From the NCBI GenBank assembly GCA_903844665.1, contig CAIMUS010000059.1:12814-44813 (forward strand): a stretch of 32,000 nucleotides of DNA, written 5' to 3'. This document shows, one piece after another, positions 26,056-32,000 of the stretch (position 1 is its first letter; each line of letters opens with the position of its first letter). Both the position numbers and the translations under genes were made by a program. The stretch is from an uncultured Pseudomonadota bacterium. GTDB taxonomy: Bacteria > Pseudomonadota > Gammaproteobacteria > Competibacterales > Competibacteraceae. The notes under the pieces were generated by a model that saw nothing but the letters and a program-made list of their open reading frames with translations, made no database searches and was not told the DNA's origin.

Positions 26056-27711
26056 TTAAGAACGACGTCCGACCCGACCATAGCGCAGGAACAGCCGGTC
26101 GAAGATACTCAGATGGACCCAGGTCACCACCGCGCCGATCGATCCCAACAGCGTAGGGATGCCCAACGGAGTCATGGCCCTGGCCAGCCGCCTCCTGGCG
26201 CGGCGCAACCGTTCCACTCTGTCGATGTACTGGTTGATCCGGGCATTCTGGCTGTAAGCCACGATGCTGAGCAGACCTAAGGCCAGCAGGCCCGACACCC
26301 ACCAGGGGAACAGTGACAGCACGAACACCACAGTGCCGACGGGAACCAGCAAGGCGGCAATCACAATAGTGTATGGCAGGGGTTTTCTTAAAAAAAACAC
26401 CTTGAACAATTGTTTGGAGCCGACCCCAAGATGGCGCAGCAATACCTGTCGTTGGGGTTCATCCCGCAATACGTCCTGAATCTGCAGAAAACGCCAGTCG
26501 GCCCTGGCGGCGGCGGGACTTTGCAATTTCTCGCTGACCAGCCGATAGCCGTAATACATCAAGGTGTAAGCTTCCTGGTCGGTGAAGGAATCCAGATCGG
26601 TGCGAATGTGCGATAGCGCATAAAGCAGTTGTGGGGCGTCGTCGGGGAAAGTCTGCTGGCTGACCGTGGCGCCCAGGTGAAAAAAGGCATAGGTTTCCGA
26701 CGGACGGGCGAATAGATCATCCAGAATTTTATTGCGAATCCGATCCATCATGATTTCATTGGCCCGGATGGCGGCATTGATCAGACGGGTGGAAGGATCG
26801 CGTACGTGTTTCAGCAAATCCGAGGCGTCGCTGCAAATGATATGGGTACAGCCTTCGGCAAACAGCGAAACCAGCCCCTGATTGTCGAATACGCCGCCGT
26901 CCACCAGCCGGATGATGATGTCCTCGCCTGCTTCGGTTTTATACAGGCCGCTCAGACATAACGGTTCAAACAGGCCGGGCACGCAACAGGAAGCGGCCAC
27001 CGCCTCCCCCAGGGTCAGCAAGTGCAGGCTGAACTGCTGCGGCGACATCAGTTCCGGGCTGTCGAAGTAGAGCTTGGGCATCACCGGCATCTGGATGGAA
27101 TGCCTTTTGTAACTCGAAACTTCTTCACCCACGAAAGCGCCGGTGAATTGCCATAAGTTGCCGGTGTTCAAGGCGGTCGCGTTCAGAATCAAGGTGGGGA
27201 TTTTATAGGGGATCCCATCCGCCGGAACGGGCAGGGTCGCCGGCTTAATCAGTAAATCCTTGAGAAAAATGCCTGTTGCCCCCTGCACCGGCGCATAGAG
27301 ATATTCGGTATACAGTTCGGCCATGCGGTCGGTAGGCGAATAGCCTTCGCGAAACATGCGGGCGTTTTTGCGCCGATCCAGAAAAGCGCGCATCCGCATG
27401 TTCTGCTGCACCGCTTGCAGAAAGTCGATTTCCACTTCCTGGACCAGCCGGATATAGGCCGCCTTGCAGGGTTGCAGTTGGTCGGGACGTCTGCCTTCCA
27501 GCAGCTCCTTGATTTTAAGGTAGTAATACGCGCCGATGATGGAGCCGCCGGATACCGTGGAGATGATATCCACGTGCCGCAACAGATCCAGTTCCGCCAG
27601 TCTGCCCAGCACGCCGATATGGAACAGGGAAGCGCGCAGACCGCCACCCGACAGGGCGAGACCGGTTTTACTGTGTTGGATGGCGGCGTGGAAAGCGGTG
27701 AGATCGAACAT
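26056..27711 (-). CDS. Patatin-like phospholipase family protein with C-terminal TM region
   Basis: LALSGGGLRASLFHIGVL, STVSGGSIIGA (GxSxG), VDGGVFDNQG (DG[G]). Hydrophobic segments near the C-terminus. Confidence 0.88.
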   Translation of the reverse strand: MFDLTAFHAAIQHSKTGLALSGGGLRASLFHIGVLGRLAELDLLRHVDIISTVSGGSIIGAYYYLKIKELLEGRRPDQLQPCKAAYIRLVQEVEIDFLQAVQQNMRMRAFLDRRKNARMFREGYSPTDRMAELYTEYLYAPVQGATGIFLKDLLIKPATLPVPADGIPYKIPTLILNATALNTGNLWQFTGAFVGEEVSSYKRHSIQMPVMPKLYFDSPELMSPQQFSLHLLTLGEAVAASCCVPGLFEPLCLSGLYKTEAGEDIIIRLVDGGVFDNQGLVSLFAEGCTHIICSDASDLLKHVRDPSTRLINAAIRANEIMMDRIRNKILDDLFARPSETYAFFHLGATVSQQTFPDDAPQLLYALSHIRTDLDSFTDQEAYTLMYYGYRLVSEKLQSPAAARADWRFLQIQDVLRDEPQRQVLLRHLGVGSKQLFKVFFLRKPLPYTIVIAALLVPVGTVVFVLSLFPWWVSGLLALGLLSIVAYSQNARINQYIDRVERLRRARRRLARAMTPLGIPTLLGSIGAVVTWVHLSIFDRLFLRYGRVGRRS

Positions 27712-27851
27712 GCTGTCTGCGCAAAGTTAACGATTTTCTATTTTACATTTTGCGCATTAACCAATCAGAAGAATTCGGCTGTACGTCGTCGGCAACCCGG
27801 TCCGTAGTCCGTAGGTCGGGGTGAGGAACGACCCCTCCAACGTTCTCCACT

Positions 27852-27960
27852 GTCTGAACCGCAGAGGTACGCAGATTAAAGGATTACACAGATAGACTTA
27901 TCCAGGCGCCTCTTTTAATTCTGCGTAATCCATTCATCAGCGTTAATCTGCGGTTCAGAC
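27852..27960. repeat. 109-bp imperfect palindromic element
   Basis: Perfect 14-bp ends GTCTGAACCGCAGA...TCTGCGGTTCAGAC; homology continues inward (GCAGATTAAAGGATTAC / GTAATCC...TTAATCTGC). Confidence 0.65.
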
Positions 27961-27991
27961 TTCCTGCAAAACCACCACCAGATAGGTGCTG

Positions 27992-28603
27992 CTATGTAGA
28001 ATTCTGCTCAAGCCGCTGGATCAGGCGGAAGGTCAGGTTGATGCGGGGACCGACCGCCTGCCGGGTCTTGGGGAGCGCATGACGCCAGTGGTGCTGGAGA
28101 GCGCCGCCCATCACCAGCACGCTGCCGGATTCCAATTCCAATGCGAGGTGTGGCTCCTTCCGCTTCTTATGGCGCAGCACGAACCGTCGTACCGCGCCCA
28201 GGCTGACCGAGGCGATCACCGGATGGCGGCCCAACTCGGGTTCGGCGTCGCTGTGCCAGCCCATGCTGTCCTGGCCGTCCCGATACAAATTCAATAACAC
28301 GCTGTTGAATGGAGTTTCCGCCAAGTCCGTGACCACCTGTCTGATTTCGAGCAGTACCGGAGTCCAGGGGAGCGGCTCCAGGCGCAAGCCGGAATAGCTA
28401 TAGATTGCACCGGGGTCACCGTACCAGGCGCTCAGGCGAGGGGAGGCCACCGCCCGGCCATAGAGTGTGATCATCTGTTGTTGCCAGGAGGTTTCGGTGT
28501 AAAGAGCCTGGAACAGACGATCATGCCCGGCCTTGAACACATCCCGATACAGGGTGATGGCGCCGTCCGGTAGAGGTATGGCTTGTATGGATACGGCATT
28601 CAC
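27992..28603 (-). CDS. AlkB-like alpha-ketoglutarate-dependent dioxygenase
   Basis: NSVLLNLYRDGQDSMGWHSDAEPELGRHPVIASVSLGAVRRFVLRHK...HHWRHALPKT...PRINLTFR. Confidence 0.9.
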   Translation of the reverse strand: MNAVSIQAIPLPDGAITLYRDVFKAGHDRLFQALYTETSWQQQMITLYGRAVASPRLSAWYGDPGAIYSYSGLRLEPLPWTPVLLEIRQVVTDLAETPFNSVLLNLYRDGQDSMGWHSDAEPELGRHPVIASVSLGAVRRFVLRHKKRKEPHLALELESGSVLVMGGALQHHWRHALPKTRQAVGPRINLTFRLIQRLEQNST

Positions 28604-29388
28604 GGTAGCACGTCCTCGCTGCGCAGGTGCGATTCCAGCGGCTGGGGTCCCGGTTCCGGCTCCGGTTCCGGGACATACAGCGGACAGGGTTGACGGCTCG
28701 CCTGCCAGACATCCAGAAAGTTTCCCAGTCGGGGCTGTGTTTCCCGAACGCTCTCCAATTGCTCCAGCAGATTGGCGACGCTGGCGTTATGATCGCGGGC
28801 GCCGATCCGCGTGCTGAAACAGGCCCAGCGGAGATAGAGCAGGTAAATGTTCAGCACGGCGCGCTCGCCATCAGGTTCATTGCCGTCGCCTTCCGGCTGA
28901 CCGGGCAGACCGATGGCCGTGGCGGCTTCGTGCAGGCTCAGCGGAGGGGAAGCCCCGTAATCGGTCAGCAGATCCGCCAGATCGCAGTGCCAGCCCGGGT
29001 TATAACGGTAGTCGTAACCGAAACGGGGATCGGTACGATGCCAGTTCAAGGCGGCGAGGCCATGGAGCAGGGAACGCTGCTTGAGCACCGGCAGGGCGAA
29101 ACGGCGCCCGTTCCAGGTCACCACGCGGGGCCGATGCCGGTCGATAAGCCGCCAGAATTCCGCCAGGATCTCCCGTTCTTCCCCCTGCTCCGAACCGAGG
29201 GTGTACAGGCGGCGGAGTTCGTAGCGTTCATACTGGCCCTCGGGCTGGATGGCGGCCAGCAGCAGACCGAGGCCGACAATGCGCTGCTGAATCGGTTTGG
29301 GAGGATACTCGAGAGCGATTTCCTCCGACAGCAGCGCGGCGTCGGGGACGGTTTGCAGCGCGCAAACCAGCAGATGGGTTTGTTGCAT
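28600..29388 (-). CDS. Predicted 3'-5' exonuclease, PolB-like
   Basis: RVVTWNGRRFALPVLKQRSL...YRYNPGWHCDLADLLTDYGA. Start at MQQTHLLV avoids overlap with znuA. Confidence 0.8.
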   Translation of the reverse strand: MQQTHLLVCALQTVPDAALLSEEIALEYPPKPIQQRIVGLGLLLAAIQPEGQYERYELRRLYTLGSEQGEEREILAEFWRLIDRHRPRVVTWNGRRFALPVLKQRSLLHGLAALNWHRTDPRFGYDYRYNPGWHCDLADLLTDYGASPPLSLHEAATAIGLPGQPEGDGNEPDGERAVLNIYLLYLRWACFSTRIGARDHNASVANLLEQLESVRETQPRLGNFLDVWQASRQPCPLYVPEPEPEPGPQPLESHLRSEDVLP

Positions 29389-29392
29389 AGGT

Positions 29393-30340
29393 TTAAATTC
29401 CCAAACAAGCACGCAATCCAGCCGCCAGATTATTCAGCAACTGAAAATAAGCCTCCGGCCCCTCGGGCAGATCGGCGCCCAGCGGGTCCAGCACGCCACT
29501 TTTGGCAGAGCTGTCCTTGATCAAGGTCTCGACCAGAGTGGGTTTGAACTGCGGTTCGCTGAATACACAGATCACCTGATTATTTTCGATCCGCTCCCGG
29601 ATGTCCTGAATCCGGCGGGCGCCGACCGGCCGTTCCGAATTGAGGGTAATGGAGCCGGTCGCGGTCAGCGCGAAACGCCGCTCGAAATACTGATAGGCAT
29701 CGTGAAACACGATATAAGGCTTGCCCCTGACAGATTCAAGCTGCTTTTGCAAGCTTTGTTCCAGTTGCTGCAAGCGTTCCGACAGGGCGGCGGCGTTGCG
29801 TTGATAATCCGCTTTATGGTCCGGGTCCACCTCGCTCAGTACGGCACCGATCTGCCGGACCATGGCCATGGCGTTGCGCGGATCCAGCCAGATATGCGCA
29901 TCGACGTCGCTATGCCGATGGCCTGCTTCCGCTTGCGCGTGGTCATGCTCGTCATCATCGTCATGATGGGCATGAGGCTCCCAATTGCCGCTTTCCCGCA
30001 GCGGCAGGGTCTCCACCCCCGGCGCCCGCAGCAGTTCGACCGAGCGCACCCCGACAGCGTTGCCCAAGGGTTTGATCAGAAAGGTTTCCAACTCTCTGCC
30101 GATCCAGAAAACCACCTGAGCCTGGTTGAGACTTTGCACCTCGGAAGGTCGCAGGTTGTAACCATGGGGGGAAGCACCACCCTTGAGCAGTAGCACGGGC
30201 TCGCCCACACCCTGCATGACGCCGGCCACCAGCGCATGTACCGGTTTGATGCTGGCGACTACATTGGGATCCGGCCCGGCGGCGCCGGATGATGGCAGGC
30301 AGACTATCATAACTATCGATAATGCATACAATAAATTCAT
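29393..30340 (-). CDS. znuA: Zinc ABC transporter substrate-binding protein
   Basis: SIKPVHALVAGVM, SPHGYNLRPSEVQSL, His/Asp-rich loop HAHHDDDDEHDHAQAEAGHRHSD, DAHIWLDPRNA, FHDAYQYFERRF. Confidence 0.93.
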   Translation of the reverse strand: MNLLYALSIVMIVCLPSSGAAGPDPNVVASIKPVHALVAGVMQGVGEPVLLLKGGASPHGYNLRPSEVQSLNQAQVVFWIGRELETFLIKPLGNAVGVRSVELLRAPGVETLPLRESGNWEPHAHHDDDDEHDHAQAEAGHRHSDVDAHIWLDPRNAMAMVRQIGAVLSEVDPDHKADYQRNAAALSERLQQLEQSLQKQLESVRGKPYIVFHDAYQYFERRFALTATGSITLNSERPVGARRIQDIRERIENNQVICVFSEPQFKPTLVETLIKDSSAKSGVLDPLGADLPEGPEAYFQLLNNLAAGLRACLGI

Positions 30341-30397
30341 GGTCTTGGTTCATTTCCTGTATAGTTCCATTTCCAGTCTAGCGGAATGGAATTATCG

Positions 30398-31216
30398 ATG
30401 ACAATCCAACCTGCATCCGAACCAGCCATGGCCAGAGCCACCGTTTCGGCGCACCCGGCTGGACCGTTATTACAGGCCGACAGCATCAGCCTGAGTCTGA
30501 ACGGTCATGTCATTCTACGCGAGGTATCCGTCAGCGTGGCGCCGGGCCAGATCGTCACCCTGATCGGTCCGAACGGCGCCGGCAAGACCACCCTGGTGCG
30601 GATTATCCTGGGTCTGCTACGGCCCGACAGCGGGCGGGTACGCTGGCGGCCCGGCATCCGGATCGGCTACATGCCGCAGCGGCTGAAGGTGGAAGAGACC
30701 CTGCCGTTGACGGTACAGCGCTTTATCACCCTGGGGATGCGCGCCAGCCGGCGGGAGGTAACAGCGGTACTGGAGGAGACCGGCGCGCCCCATGTCATCG
30801 GCCATCCATTGCAGGCCGTTTCCGGCGGCGAGTTGCAACGGGTCATGCTGGCCCGCGCCTTGTTGCGCCAGCCGGATGTGCTGGTGCTGGACGAGCCGGT
30901 GCAGGCGGTGGACGTGAACGGCCAGTATGAGATGTATGAGCTCATCGGCCGCATCCGCCGGGAGCGCGGCTGCGGCGTGCTGATGGTCTCCCACGATCTG
31001 TTTCTGGTGATGGCTACCACCGATCAGGTGATCTGTCTCAATGGTCACGTCTGCTGCGCCGGGCGGCCGGAAACGGTCAGCCTGGACCCGGCCTATCTGG
31101 AACTGTTCGGAGATGAAGTCAGCCGGCGCCTGGCGGTCTATCACCATCATCATAACCACCGTCACGACTTACATGGGGACGTGGTGAACGAGACTGGGAA
31201 TCATCACCATGGATGA
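30398..31216 (+). CDS. znuC: Zinc ABC transporter ATP-binding protein
   Basis: [36 protein letters not shown], His-rich C-terminus. Divergent from znuA. Confidence 0.93.
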   Translation: MTIQPASEPAMARATVSAHPAGPLLQADSISLSLNGHVILREVSVSVAPGQIVTLIGPNGAGKTTLVRIILGLLRPDSGRVRWRPGIRIGYMPQRLKVEETLPLTVQRFITLGMRASRREVTAVLEETGAPHVIGHPLQAVSGGELQRVMLARALLRQPDVLVLDEPVQAVDVNGQYEMYELIGRIRRERGCGVLMVSHDLFLVMATTDQVICLNGHVCCAGRPETVSLDPAYLELFGDEVSRRLAVYHHHHNHRHDLHGDVVNETGNHHHG

Positions 31217-32000
31217 TTTTCTGCTGCGGGCGCTGTTGGGGGGTATCGGCGTGGCCCTGGCCGCCGGTCCCCTGGGCTGTCTGGTCGTCTGGCGGCGCAT
31301 GGCCTATTTCGGCGACACGCTGGCCCATTCGGGTTTGTTGGGTATCGCCCTGGGAGTGCTCTGGGGCCTCAACCAGGGCATGACGGTGATCGCGGTCTGT
31401 CTGGTACTGGCGGTGCTGCTGGTATTCCTGGAGCAGCACCAGCGCCGCCTGGCAACGGATACGCTGTTAGGCATTATGGCGCATACGTCCCTGTCGCTGG
31501 GCCTGGTAGCCTTGGCTTTGCTGGAAACGGTGCGGATGGATCTGGTCGCTTACCTGTTCGGAGATATTCTGGCGGTCAGTACCGGGGATCTGTACTGGAT
31601 CTGGGGCGGCGGCGTCCTGGCGCTGGCCGTGCTGACGCTGCTGTGGCGGCCGCTGTTGGCCATGACGGTGAATGAAGACCTGGCGCGGGTGGAGGGGGCG
31701 CCGGTATTCGCCGTCCGCCTGGGTTTTATGATGCTGATCGCCGTCGTCATCGCGGTGGCCATGAAGGTGGTGGGCATCCTGCTGATCACCTCGCTGATGA
31801 TCATGCCGGCGGCGGCGGCGCGCCGCTTCGCCCGGACGCCGGAGATGATGGCCGGACTGGCGGTCGTATTCGGCTGTGCGGCGGTGGCGCTGGGCATCTG
31901 GGCCTCGCTGCGCTGGGATACGCCGACCGGGCCTTCCATCGTGGTGGCGGCGGCGGGATTGTTTATAGTGGGTTTTGCAGCGCCGCCGGCAAGGCAGGGA
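31209..32000 (+). CDS. znuB: Zinc ABC transporter permease, 3' truncated by window edge
   Basis: ATG 31209: [49 protein letters not shown]... open to the window end, overlaps znuC. Confidence 0.9.
   Translation, partial: MDDFLLRALLGGIGVALAAGPLGCLVVWRRMAYFGDTLAHSGLLGIALGVLWGLNQGMTVIAVCLVLAVLLVFLEQHQRRLATDTLLGIMAHTSLSLGLVALALLETVRMDLVAYLFGDILAVSTGDLYWIWGGGVLALAVLTLLWRPLLAMTVNEDLARVEGAPVFAVRLGFMMLIAVVIAVAMKVVGILLITSLMIMPAAAARRFARTPEMMAGLAVVFGCAAVALGIWASLRWDTPTGPSIVVAAAGLFIVGFAAPPARQG

Overview
Gammaproteobacterial chromosomal window. Conserved flanks enclose a roughly 13.5 kb accessory region. Left flank: acyl-CoA synthetase/GNAT C-terminus, a HisP-HisJ-HisQ-HisM type polar amino acid ABC transporter, TatA, an MscK-like mechanosensitive channel, a trypsin/PDZ serine protease, and tmRNA (ssrA). 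Right flank: oligopeptidase A, patatin-like phospholipase, AlkB-like dioxygenase, PolB-like 3'-5' exonuclease, znuA, and znuCB. The accessory region (about 10.3-23.7 kb, between ssrA and prlC) is packed with toxin-antitoxin-like modules: VapBC, DUF2283/DUF4258-like, PIN, Fic, DUF4160/DUF2442, RelE-like, two reverse-order PIN modules, and truncated MazEF. It also has broken gene copies (two YhcG/DUF1016 fragments and a NACHT-FGE protein lacking its P-loop) and small mobile-element remnants. Most notable are several stretches with integron attC architecture (13073-13133, 19800-19858, 20379-20437, 21321-21382). They bound compact gene cassettes, but no integrase is visible. One attC-like site directly abuts what looks like an RT-less group II intron (about 19006-19800, minus). 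A two-gene cassette of unknown function (20427-21238) and a possible orphan diversity-generating-retroelement target (C-terminus of the NACHT-FGE gene) are the best novelty candidates. All family assignments come from reading the sequences; no database search was run.
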